From Podospora anserina (lineage: Eukaryota), in NCBI GenBank assembly GCA_017654855.1, contig CM030333.1:1798001-1862000 (forward strand): DNA of 64,000 nt, written 5' to 3'. This document shows, piece after piece, positions 35,588-48,181 of this stretch (position 1 is the first letter of the stretch; every line of letters begins with the position of its first letter). The position numbers were made by a program, and so were the translations under genes. The notes below the pieces were generated by a model. That model was not told the origin of the DNA. It made no database searches and saw nothing but the letters and a program-made list of their open reading frames with translations.

Positions 35588-38500
35588 GAGGTAATAGATA
35601 ATGTGTTGATCAGAGGGGGGGGTGGGGGCTTGGGGGTTTGGTTGGGTTCGGCGTTGCTCGGCGTCTTTGCTTCTTGGTTTATGGATTTCCCTGCTTGATT
35701 ACTTGTTATAGACTTGGGCTGTTTGCTGAGCGCTTTTGTAGACAGCGTCTGTCAGATTCGGACTGGATCACCCGGCTGCTCCCATGTGGTGGTCTGGGGA
35801 TGGGTTGGTCGTCTAGAATATTTGGGACTGGTGTGTGTACACTGCAGATATATGCACATGATAACGATACATACCTTGTTGAAGAGAGGTCATACCGCAG
35901 CGTATGCCGTTGCCGAGATGGTGGGAAAGGATGATTGTCTGACATCCGCCTCAGCACAGAGAGGCTGCTGTCAATACGCCACGAGGATGATGTCTTGCCT
36001 AAGCGATCCGAGCATGTCCCGATGGTTTCTCTCCTGTTTCGGATATGATGTATGCGGTGGCCAGCAGAACACGTGCGCCCTCTGGACCTAAATCGGGAAT
36101 GATGTAGGGAGGTGTTGGCTATAGGTCTTTTCCCAATGAAGCTATCCCGGCTTCACCCCGAAAGGCATTGAAGCGTCATAGCCCGAAGACGAAGGGCCAA
36201 CTTAAAGGACCGACTCGGCCCTGCGCGCAGAGGTGCAAGCGCGCGGAGGTTGGGTCGTAAAGAGGGAAGAAGTGGGTTCTTTTGTTTTGTTCAGGACGTT
36301 CTTGCAGGCCCGGGTACCACCATATCGGACCCTACTTCGCGGCCGCACAAAACGTAACCCCCGGTTCGGACGCAAGCGAGGGTCGAGGTGGCGTTCGAGA
36401 CCTATCATGCAAAAGCTCATGAACCCAAGCCGCCCAGCCAGGGCCGTTCAGGCCAGTTCTCCGTAGTAGCTGGCTACTCCGAGATCCGGGACCCGGTCGG
36501 TGCGGAGTAGTAGCATACATACACAAACTCCATGATACCGCCGGTTGGCTGACTGGCTGGCCTGACAACACACAACCGCGCAGGAGGATTGTGGAGAGAG
36601 AGGGGCAGGGGGGAATAACATGGAGAAGTAAGTCTAGCTTAGCTACAACTCTTGTTTAAGCTATCAAAGCTTCTTCTCGGATATACTCTCTCTCCTCTCT
36701 CCCCGCACCTGACATCGGTCCGAACCCCAACCTGTCCGGGACCAAAAGTCGACAAGCAATGCAAGGCACCGCCGTTGTAGCCGACCGTTTGACGTGGGGA
36801 AACCTCAAGCAGGATAGCCTCCGCCATTGCTCTTCGGCCCTTCTGAAGACAGAAAACTTGAAGTTTTCAGGGCCATGAGCAAGTCTGGGGAGGGCATGAT
36901 GTGATGATTTGTGTCGATTACCCCACAATATTCTTCCCGAAAACCTGGGGGTTTTGGTCTGGGGAAAAAAGAAGGGTTCGAAACCGTTAGGATAAGCACG
37001 GATTTCGGGAAGAGGAAGCAAGATAACGGCGTTTGGCAATCCCTAGTGCGAGGGGGGCAGTCGATAGGTGTGACATGTTATACAATCCATGTTTTTGTTT
37101 CTGAGCTCGGGAGCAGCTGCAAAATGGGGTTCGCAAAAGTGGCCTTGCTCGCTTGATCCGGGCATCCTGACATGTGAATCTGAATCCATGTCCCATCTTG
37201 AACAAGGCTGAGAATGATCGTGTTGTATTAGTTGGCAAGGCTGAAACCAGGTTTCCCCAGCCCTGTGGGAATGGCGAATGAACGACTCCGTTTGATGTGA
37301 GAGTCGCTTCCGGGAGAGCAGCGCGGATTGCGCACATGATCGTGGTGGGATGATGGACGGTAGCGAGCGCAACACATGCTGTCCGTAACGACTGAGAGCC
37401 AGCGCCAAGGAATGAGGCTTTGGAGTTCTGGCTGGTCGTTGACGACGGCTTCAAGCAGAGGGCAGCCTTTTCGGACCGACTGTGGAGGTGTGAGGGCCTG
37501 AGACCAAAGGCGTCGATTGGTGGCTCCTGGGGCCTCTCTCCGCATTCCCAAGCCACCCCTGTTAAGCCCAGCTCCCCAGCTTTTTCCCGCAATTCCAATG
37601 CGACGTTTTCACCTTCTCCCGCGAGCATGAGAAGGCTGGTTCCGTTTTGTGAGACGTTTTTTTCCTCGATCTGCTGGTCGTGACAATGGTTCGCGATGAG
37701 AGGTTGCAGTCCCGGTGGATCATATTACACCCACTACCTAGCCAGAGATGATGTGCATAGGTACTGTACCTTTGTGTAAGAAAACAAAACTTGTCGTTCG
37801 GGGAAGGTCAACAAGAATAGAAGGGCACCAGATCTATGCAGGACCGGCATGTGCCGAATCCGCATGACGTTTGTGTCGAATTGTGTCCTTCTTTTGGACG
37901 CGGTCCGCAGAAGCTAACAAAGAAGAGGAAGCGGGCGACTTTTGAGTGAAAAGCTATCATCATGCCATTGGGCGGTGATGAATCCTTTGCTGTAAGTTGA
38001 AACGAGGGCTCGCCAGTTCAAGTAGAAACGGCAGACAAGGACTGACCTTCCTGATGCAACCATATCGCATAATCCATCATGTAATGGCGGGCTATGATTG
38101 GCCAAGACTTTTCTTCCGTTTTGCCCAAGCTGGCTGGAGTCCCAGTAAGTATGAATTTGGGAATGTCTGAGGTGATGGGACTCGTTGCAGCAAGACACGG
38201 TGGGCGACAAGCTTTTGACTGACTGAGACACCAAACACGATTTGCCTAGTTCAGCTGGAATTCCAACCGTGCAGTGTCGATTTCAGCTTGATTCAGGCCT
38301 TTTGTGATGTCGAAGCAGCCCTCACCGGAAAAGAAGCAACATCGAACGCCAGTGCCTCTCAGGAACGGGCGATCATTGCTATTTCAAAGCAGGTGAGCCA
38401 CGCCAGGCACGATAGCTGGCCGCTGTAATAAACACTAGACATGTGTGTCGTGCCACGGTGGTGAACGTTATCTGGCAGACTGAGACAGAATCGGAGTTTA

Positions 38501-39642
38501 ACTAGGTTCCTGGAACTGGTGTGATGGTGCCCTGCATCGTGAGACTCTACATTAGGACACCTTGGTCTGGTGGGAGCGGACATTGGTTTGCCATGCGGTG
38601 ATCTTGGTGCGTCGGCCTCACCGCCATCCACCTGAGCATAGCGTGCATAGGTAATGAGAATAAGAGGCTGCGGATAATGACTGGCTATAACTGTCAAAGC
38701 ACAGCCTGGTTGTCCCTGCTCTGAAGTGCTCTGCTAAAGTCGAGGGGCTGCCCGTGCGACGTCCACGAAAACAGAGGAAGCAACAAGATTCGGTTCCCAT
38801 GCGCTCCCGTTCCTCCTAACGGTTCACTTGTACCACGTCTCTCCCGTGAATATCGATAGCTTAAACATTTCACGGTACCTATTGTACTCAGTGATTGCCG
38901 ATGGGATACGGATATGATATGAGAGGATAGGAAGGAATAGGGAAAATAAAATCGCGCTGCTCGGTTGGTTGTTGGTTGGGTTCGATGAGTTCCTGGTTGC
39001 GTGCCCAGGGCAGCGTTGTCGCCGTTGCATTCTCGTCACCTAACCGGAACGCACTGGCCAGGCTGAGAAATCCGGACCCACCGCAATTAGCCCACTGAAC
39101 TCCGTTTCTTTTCCAGCCCAGCTGCTCCATCCCATGCATCCATCAATCCCGTCCATCTGTGCCCCAGGCCCCATTCATCTCCCCATTTCCCGTTTCCTTC
39201 TTCCCCTTCTGCAACCCTTTTCCCGTCCCACCCATCTTCCTCAGTCACTGCTCGTCCATTCTCGAGATATTCCCAATATATCACCGCGACCGCCCTCAAT
39301 TTGTGTTTCTCATCGCGTCGGTGTATTTGGGCCCCCAGTGCTAGATCGACGACGTTCAGACGGCCTGTCATCCGATCTGCTTGCTAGTACCGCCAAAGCC
39401 CAGCGCGCCCCGCGAGTTTGACTTCGACCACCTGGACGGGCCGATTCCCCCAGATCATCTGAATTGACTTTCTGGAGTCCCCACGATTGCGCACCATCGC
39501 CCCAGTTCGTCCCGACACTCTGGATATCGACTGCACAAGAGCCAGTGGATGCTGGCTTTCGTGTCGCCGGCTTGCGCCGTCGCGTAGTGGCATTCTCACC
39601 CATCCCTGGTTGCGACCGCGTTGCCAGCACTAAGAAAACACA

Positions 39643-41815
39643 ATGACGACAGCCGTGAAGAGGGCGTGCGATGCCTGCCATCGACGAAAGGTCAAATGTG
39701 ATGGAATCAACCCATGTCGCCACTGCTCGGCTTCGCAGTTGGCTTGCACCTACAATGCCATTCCCCAGAAAAAGGGGCCCAAGGGGTCCCGAGCGAAGGT
39801 TATCAATGAACTCAAGGAGAACCAACGCCAGACGAGCCTCTCTTCGAAGCAGAACCCTTCCAACAGCCCGAGCTTGGCCCCTACACCCCGTTTGTTGACC
39901 AAGGAGATGATCAACGCTTGCGTCGAATTCTTTTTCGCCAATCTGTACCCCACCATGCCGATTCTGGACCGCCAGCGCCTGGAGCAGGATATCATGTACA
40001 TGGAGCAGAATATCGATAGCTACTGCCTCTTGACATCCCTGTGCGCCTTTGTGTCGCTCCAGCCCGGCATGGTTATGCCAAACATGGGCATGTCGTCCAT
40101 GAGCGATCCTTTCAACCCGGACATGATGTTTGGCGGTGGCAACATTCTGACCTGCACGTTGCTGATGGAGGAGACGATTCGGGTCCGGAAGAGCGAGGAT
40201 TATGCGGCTTCGCGCACCATCAACACCCTCTGCACCGACTTTTTCCTGTTTGCTGTACACCACGGTCTGGAGATGCACGACAAGGCTTGGTTCTACTTGC
40301 GGGAGGCCACCACATTGGCGCACCTGTCGAGGATGAACGAAGAAACCCAGTACATGCAGTACGACAGCAATGACGCAGCCAGATGCAGACGTCTGTACTG
40401 GCTGCTCTTTGTCACTGAACGGTGCGTTTTGACGGTGCCCTGCTCTGGTATAACGTCAATTGTGGATGCTGACAGTCTATTTTAGTGCCTACGCCTTGCA
40501 GCATCGTCGTCCCATGACTCTGGAAGCAACAATCAACCTCCCGGCACATGCTGACCCCTCCAATCCTCACTCGCATCACATTCCCAGTTTCCTTCGCCAC
40601 ATTCAGCTCTTCCATTCTTTCGACCATGGTCTACTTTCCATGTGGATGAAGACCAAGCGCGAATGCTCTGACTCGTATCTCACCAGCCTGGAGAAACAGC
40701 TGCAGGAAGTCCTGCCCCCATATCTCAACGATACTCAGGCCCAGCTGAACGAGATGTCAATCAACCTTCACTGGCTCAAGGACATGGCCTGGAAGCTGGG
40801 TCTTGCAAACAACAACGGCCATGATGCTGAGCTCTCTTACTCCTTTTTGCCAATGGTTGCACATTTCCCAGGAAATCTGGGCCTGCAGGGCTTTGGTTTC
40901 CTCGAGAAGCTGCTCAGCATCACATACGACCTCTCCGAAGCACTCTCTATGCAACCGGCTCCCAGGACGCCTTTCACCCCTGGCCCGCATGATCAGCTCC
41001 GAAAGATACTCAACATTGTCACGACTCTGCGCAACGGACAACACCACTTCCTGCCTCTGCTTCTCAGCAAGATACACGCTGCTTTGCCAAAGATGGCCAG
41101 CCCTATGCTGCAGAACGCCCCGGAAAGTGCGGCCTGCAATATCGACATTTTTGACGGGTTTGGAAATGCTGGCATGGCACAGCCCCCGGTTTACTCGCAT
41201 GAGTCGTATGATAACAAATTTTCGATCCCACGAATCGAGGACCACAACTCTTCGGATTCTAACAGCCCCAACAACATCACTCCACCGAGCAGCAACGATA
41301 TGAATTCGCCCTTTGTTAGCTCGCCACCCATCATGTCCCCCGGCGGCATGGACCTGCCTCATGGTATGCCATCCGACTTTACCTCAATGCCAGAAATGGT
41401 CATGAGTCCAATGAGCCATGCACCGCCGACCTCGTTGGGTGCCACTGTTGGCATGAACAACCACCAGACACAACACACACCGCTATCACCCTTTCCGAAT
41501 CTGGGTTCGCAAATGCAAGGAATGAACAACCACAACATCAACCCTCCTCCAAATATAGGCCTCGCTTCTCAAATGCATCTCCCTCAGCCGATGGGAGGGA
41601 CAATAGGCTCCAATATCGGCAGCAACATGATGTCGAGGCCACAAGCACAACAACGGACAAGCAGCTTTGCACTCGGGCCCACACCGATTCGTACTGTAGG
41701 CGATTTTCAAGCACTGCAGCGGACCAACTCAGACATGACGCCCATGAGTCCGCTGCATCCAATGGGGATGGGCTCTATGGGAAATGAAATGGACTTCAAC
41801 ACGCCCTTGAGGTAG
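39643..41815 (+). CDS. col-26: Zn(II)2Cys6 transcription factor, COL-26/BglR-like (AmyR-related); exons 39643-40421, 40486-41815
   Basis: RACDACHRRKVKCDGINPCRHCSASQLACTY cluster followed by KKGPKGSRAKVI, fungal TF middle region (RRLYWLLFVTERAYAL across intron 40422-40485) and Met/Pro-rich activation tail. Orthology is from recalled sequence similarity. Confidence 0.85.
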
Positions 41816-43476
41816 TAACGCTGGATTGGGGGACGCAGCATGAGGGAGGATTTCTCTTTTCCTGTTCATCTTCTCGACCTTTGGTCACACCACAACCCCC
41901 TTTTTCTTTTGTATCGGTCATAAAAGATTCCCACAGGCATTTTTTTTCATTATCTGGCATCTTATCATCGGAGTCTATTGGATGGCGTACCTGCTAGCCT
42001 TGCTGTCGATTTGGATATGGTTCCCCAGGCGCACACAAATCACGAGTTTTTGGGGAAGCTGAAAAAATGGGAGCACACTGAAAAAAATTGTCCATCACAG
42101 CGCACAGTTTTCTTTTGTTTCGGATCTTGCTTCTTGGAAAGCGGTATATTTGTTGGGTCGGCGAGTGGGGAATTTGAGGAATATGGGCAGACGAGCTCTA
42201 CCACTGTGCAAGGGATAATAGCATGCAGGGGGACATCTGATCTTGTACAAGGGTGCTAGGGAGGACGGCGGGGAGGAATGCAAGCAATATACAGTGTTTT
42301 TAGTTACTGCCGTTTCTGCAGCATGGTTCGCTACTCGGCCAGGCTGGTTGTAACAATAGAGTCTCGTATCTTAGCACGTTGTCCGCTGTCTGCTGTCCCT
42401 GTGTCTTGTCCGGTAGTGGAACCAGCGGAGGGAGAGATCATGCAAGATACCGGATATTGCGGGGGCTTGTTCGCGGATGGCTGTACTTGAAGGGATGTTT
42501 CCAAAGAGCTAGGATTCCGACAGCACGGATGAGTAGATTGCGGCATAACCTCCAGGTTGCAACACTTGGACTTGAGGTACTGTAGCTTACTTGCATTGAT
42601 ACCGGAATTAAGAGAGGAAGTTTTACAGCCACCCTGCCCATACAATATTGCGAACTACACCTTGAAGGATGACAACTAGGCTTTCCAATAGATAGTAGGC
42701 CTTTGAAGATATGTAAAAGGCCCATTAATTTACTTTCGATGCATGGTTTACAACATCATATGGACCGACCTACTTGTGGGTATCAACTATTTTGTGGTGA
42801 GGGTGCCAGGAGCTACTTGTCCGATTCGTGCTGTCTTTGTGCTCGCGCACCGGCTCAAGCCCGCACACCGACGAGGATATGTGTAACAGGAGCGGCATGA
42901 AGCTATTGGAAGGCAACAGCAGCAGAGGGCTTGTGACCGGCCTTCCCCAGCTCGGGATCCAGCAACGTCCGAGTCGAGAGTGGTTTATCATCGAGCCTAC
43001 GATTCAAGCTCACAATACCGCAGCCACTATGACCGAGCCGGCGCCTTCTCTCGGCGGCCGACTTATGCAACGGTTCAAGCTCCAAGAAAAGCTCCAAGCC
43101 CGAACGGTCACAAGGTTCAACGGTCTCCTGAACGATGTGTATCTTACGTCTCAAGGGAGCATCTAACGGAAGCAATTTCTATCAAAAAAAGCCAATATAA
43201 ATATCTTGGGCAAGATTCCCCTCGAGTCATTTCTTTTACGCCATCAGATCGATCTTCATCAACAGGCAAAAGTTCCAATCTCTCCGCCCTCGAGTGAACT
43301 TGCATATCTCATTTAACTTCCTATTCCGTCCACCAAAAAGTATTCCCCCCTTTCTTCACCAAACCCGCCCTTACATTTATCAACAACCCCATCCATATCT
43401 ATAACCTCCTCCCCCAACCCCCCCCAACCCCCCTTTTTTTTATAAATAAATTTTTTTTTAATTTACCTTTTTCAAA

Positions 43477-43911
43477 ATGGCTTCCAACAACACCTCCCCC
43501 ATCCCCGTCGCCACCTTTGGCAAAGACCCGAAAGTAGCCGAGCAAGTCCGCGAGAAGCTCCTCCCCGACATCGAAGTCGTCCACTGCTCCCTCACCCTCG
43601 ACTCGGCCCTCGCCGAGCTCCCCGCCCTCTGCTCCGGCGACACCTCCGTCTCCCCTTCCTCCGGCCTCGGCACAAACGCCGGTGCTTCCGACTCCTCCTC
43701 CCGCAAGGTCCCCCAGGCCATCTTCTTCGGGGGCGGCTTCACGGACGACGAGTACGAGCAGATCGTCGCCGCCGTCCAGGCCCGCGCTCCGGGCATCCAC
43801 ATGGTCAAGGTCCAGAAGCGGGATGTTCTCGCCGCGGGCTCGTTCGGGCCGAACCCGGACACTATTGCCAAGATTTACAGGAAGAAGATGGCTGCTCTGG
43901 CGGCTGCTTAG
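43477..43911 (+). CDS. Small hypothetical protein (144 aa, alpha/beta)
   Basis: Good context CAAAATGG, strong third-position C bias, C/A-rich leader, motif PQAIFFGGGFTDDEYEQI. Confidence 0.8.
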   Translation: MASNNTSPIPVATFGKDPKVAEQVREKLLPDIEVVHCSLTLDSALAELPALCSGDTSVSPSSGLGTNAGASDSSSRKVPQAIFFGGGFTDDEYEQIVAAVQARAPGIHMVKVQKRDVLAAGSFGPNPDTIAKIYRKKMAALAAA

Positions 43912-44938
43912 GTCGTCTTCTGACCCTCATCGCGAGAGTGGTGGAAGGGAGGAAGACAGGGGTGGATATGGGGTGCTGGATGGGGAGGAACAAGTCACAG
44001 CAAGGGTGAGAGTTGTGGTTATCGGTGATGGCGGCGGCAAGGAGGATGCAAGACTAGGAATCTGGAACACCATCTTGACGGTGGGGGTGGGTAACATTGC
44101 GACTTTGTATCTTCCTGTTTCTGATCTCGATGCTTTGTGTTTGACTGGGGGGAAGGGTATGTGGAACGACAAGTTGTTGAAGCATGAGGGTGAGGGGATA
44201 GCTATGGGTGATCTTTGAGCAGACAGTGATACACGAGTTTTCTTTTGCTGGTTTCACACTATCACTCATTCGCTCACTCAATCAACTCGTTCACACACGC
44301 TTGAAACAGTCCACACTCCTGACTGGTGTGTCCGCTGTTGTATGCATAGGTACGCTGTGACGCTATGAACCTCTCTTATCCCAAGAGTATCCCCCCCCAT
44401 TCCGCGCGCCTATACTTTTTTCGACCTGCAGCAGAAAAGAGAGAGCACCAAGGCCAGGAAGAAAAGCGAGAATTCCATGTGAGCAGAAAACATACAACCA
44501 AAAATGAAATCAACAGAGCCAATGACCACTAAACCCCCTACTCGCAAATGAAACAAAAGACAAGATAAAGACGGAAAAAAAACTGTATCCCTACAAGATT
44601 TCCCCCAAAAGCAACACGACTTGTCTATCTTTCCCGTCCACCCAGAAAAAAAAAGACAGCCGCGCCGGTTTCGCTCAATGCAAGATGTCCCTTTTGGGTC
44701 CAATCGCTAAAGCCTTCCCTTAACCCACGCCCCCCACCCCGTATATACGCCCAGCCTGCCCCGGTGTGATCATCGCAAGCAAACAACGATAGGAACCATA
44801 AACAACATGAGATCGAGCGCGAATCCAATTCCCAAACACCTTGTGCCCGTCCGTGCCCCACCAGTTCGCCAAACTCAAAATAGACCGACCCAGAGAGGAA
44901 CGAAGCGAGGGAACGGGTTAAGGAGCAGGGTGCGTCAT

Positions 44939-47310
44939 TCAAGTCCGCCGGCTGCTTGGTCCAAAATCCGGCTCCACGACTGCTCTCTTGTCCTTGCGGG
45001 GCCGGATCACGTACTCGGCCATGATTTGAATGTGGTCAGATGGGAAGTGATAATATGGGAAGCCAGGAATCCGCGTAAGAGCCTGCTTGTCCGGAGGAGC
45101 AAGCAACGACACCAACTCCAGCGTGTTGGTGGAATACCAGATGTAGTCAATGACTTCACGGAAGGTTGGTGTGTAGTTGGTGAAGCTAAGTTCATGAGGT
45201 CCACCTCTGAGATGGGCATAGGCCGAACGGATGCTGAAGGGGTGCTCAACACCGTCTCTCGTGAAGTTTCCGTACTTTCGACCAAGCCATTCAGGGTGAT
45301 CATGGGAAAGACGACCAGTGGCAAGAAAGTCGTAAACGCCACTGCTGGGCGTAGAGTTGTAATCGCCGCAGATGATCAGAGGAATATCCGTGTTGTTGCG
45401 ATACTCCTGTGAAGGGCCTGGCGGAGGAAGCTCCTGCCTCTCCTCTCCTTCTTCGAGGATCCCTTGAATCGCTTGCTTTTTGTCGATTGCCATCGGCGGG
45501 GTTCGTGTCCACTTATCGCCGAGCCTCGTAATGTTCTCCATCAGACACGCGATCTGCAATAGCTTCACGTCGCAAAGATCAGGTTCCCAGGCCAGATGCG
45601 TGTTGGCCACAATCAAGCGAGAACCTGTTACTCGGCTCTCCAGCAAGATAATCGTCCCAATATTATCTTTGCCCATCGCCCTGTTGTAAACGTCGTGGTT
45701 TTGCTTGAGATCTGGGCGGGTGATGGTGAGGTGTGAATAGTCAAGCATCTCCTTTTGCAGTACAATCCACTTGTCGGTCTTCCAGAAGGTAGCACAGCCG
45801 TCAACACCGCCTACCATGTTGTTGGGCAATGTCTTCACCTTGGGTCTTGACCACTGTATACCTCTATAACCGTGTTTGGCCAGGGAGGGAGAGAATTCGT
45901 TCTCATAGGCGTTCCTGCTGATCTCTTGGAGGCAGACGATGTCTGGGTTGCGGTCATAGATCTCGTCGAGGATCAACTGCTTGCGATAGTCCCATTCAAG
46001 AGCTGAGGGCGGTGTGTAGCCATACATCTGCTTGGTCGCGTACCTTTCGCACAGAATATTCCACGTTAAAACGCTGACACGTTCAAGGCTAGACGCCACA
46101 TCATCTTGCACCGTGATGGGAAGACGAGGAGCGGGAGCAGGGGGGACTGCAGAGGGCGACTATCAGTATGTGGCGTGCTTGGTTCAAGGTGGTCGGTCAG
46201 AAACTTACCTGGAGCGTCAACGAGAAGACTGTTGATCAAGCTCTTCGTGTCCTTGTTCATGATTTCGTCTTTCAACGGGCCGTTCATGAGTGGGTTGCCG
46301 TGGAGACCCAGCATCTCCAGCTTGTAAAGGAAGCCCAGTTCATACGGAAGGCTTGTTATGTGATTGTTAAACAAGATAAGCTGCTGGAGGTTTGTGCACA
46401 TGCCGATTTCGGGGGGCAGTTCATGCAGTTCGTTATGAGACGCTTCCAACACCTTCAAGCACCTTAGTTTGCCAATATCTGGAGGCAAGACGGTAATCTT
46501 GTTGGACGCGATGTACAGCTCTACAAGAAAATCGTAACTGAACAAGGCCCGCGCAATCTTGCGCACCCCTTGACCGCTCAGGTCGAGGTTGTGCCAATCC
46601 TGTCGTTTGACAAGCTTGTTTGTGGTATAGGAGGGCCGGTTTCTAGCGACTTCCTGGTCCTCTGTAGTTGTCGTTCCTTCGGAAGCATACACCACCCCCT
46701 TGTTGTCGGATGCCTTGGCCCGTGCATAATAGTGCGGAAGGTGCTGCTCAACCATGGTTTGATGCGCCTCCTGTGCTTGTTTGTACAATTTGAGCTGCTC
46801 TCCCCAACTGTCCGAGATTGCTTGACCAGAACCACCTCTAGTGGTGGCAGTTTGCCCGCTAGGATGGCTCCCGGCAGCAAATGGGCTAGAGGCTTGATGG
46901 GCGCCGGTGGAGTAGCTTGAATGCCCCATGTTCCCCGCCGGTAACCCGTGTACACCGGGGTCTGGCTGAAGATTCTGATGGTGATGCGCATGATGCTGAT
47001 GTGGATGGCCCTGTGGCTGTTGACCGTAGTTGTACTGTTGATACTGCACTGGCGGAATATTGGGCTGACCCCGCCCTGGAGCGCCACTGAGGCGATTGTT
47101 GTGCCCCTGCTGGGGCCCCTGACCATACATGCCGCGCAGGTTTTGGCCAAGAGACGCCGATGTCTTGGAATGGGCAGTGGGTTGGGCGGCCACTAGGTGT
47201 GACAAAAGGGAGTTGAGCAGTATGCCGTTGGCGATCGAGCTGCTGGAGCTGAAATTGGACGAAAGCGGGCTCGAGAATGCTTGTATCGGATGTCGGTCAC
47301 CATCTGCCAT
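44939..47310 (-). CDS. CCR4: CCR4 deadenylase (CCR4-NOT nuclease; LRR + EEP domains); intron 46208-46147; start at 47310 or 47130
   Basis: LRRs (LDLSGQG, LYIASNKIT.LP, LGLHGNPL), then WNIL, CLQE, NTHLAW, CGDYNS, FTNYTP.F..VIDYIWYS and FPSDH. Confidence 0.96.
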
Positions 47311-48171
47311 CTACAAAGAGGGCGGGGCTCGGCGGAAAAGGCTTGATCTGGCGAGCCTGGCACGGAAAAGAGGGGGGATTCGTGGCGGAGGGTGGAAGCG
47401 TGTGACTTGAGATGCTGGAGGTGGAAGATTTTGCATGGAATAGACGACCTTTTCTTTGGGCATGGATGCAAGCGTGTGAGCGTCCAACCGGGGTCGAGTT
47501 GACGGAGAATGCAGCTCGCTCAGAGAGCCATTCACCGAAAGATCGAAGAGATCGAAGGGCGAACGGGGGGAGCCGCCAAAGAACTCGAGGAGAATCGTCG
47601 GACGGGGACCGAGAGCCAACGTCTTGACAAGAGGGCCAAGTTCGCCAGCAGGTTGGAGGGGCTCGGGACGCGCGCGCCTTGGTTGTTTGGGGGTGTGAAA
47701 GAGATGCTGAGGTCGGGTGTCTCTATTTTTTTGTTTCTGTTTTCCGACTGCTTGGGGAGCACGCGGGTTAGCAAAATCTGTGTAAAAGATGATGTTGGGA
47801 CACGGGCCGTCACGACAGCGAGCGATGGCAGGCGAGGCGAGGGAAGCGGCCAGACAGCCAAGGTCAAAGTGCAGCCAGGGCCAGAGATTCTGGGGCCTTG
47901 ACAGGGCGGCTCGGGGGAGTAAACAGGGCTCACCTGTGGCCAAAGATAAAGAACGGGTATTACCTCTTGCTGGCGATAATTGGAGCGCCTGTCAATGAAT
48001 ACTCAAGTGAAAGGATATGCTGCGCGATTGCTGATGTCGTGGGGAGAGAGAGGAGTCCAACCCGTCTGCTGTTGTGGCCCGCTGTGATGGAGATGCGCAA
48101 AGATAGCAGCGCCCAAAGCCTCCCTGCTTACCTAAGGCCCGTGGGCCCAGACCAGGACCCAGTGAACGGCC

Positions 48172-48181
48172 GTCACGTGAT
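48172..48181. promoter_or_regulatory. Palindromic bHLH E-box (GTCACGTGAT) in the divergent CCR4/methyltransferase intergenic region
   Basis: Matches the RTCACGTGAY consensus of Cbf1/SREBP-type factors; function not shown. Confidence 0.3.

Noticed and set aside
36487..36500. CGG-N8-CGG AmyR/COL-26-type site upstream of col-26
   Set aside because: The motif is short enough to occur dozens of times per window by chance and lies 3 kb from the ATG.
39310..40323. 337-aa minus-strand ORF
   Set aside because: Antisense shadow of the Zn2Cys6 gene.
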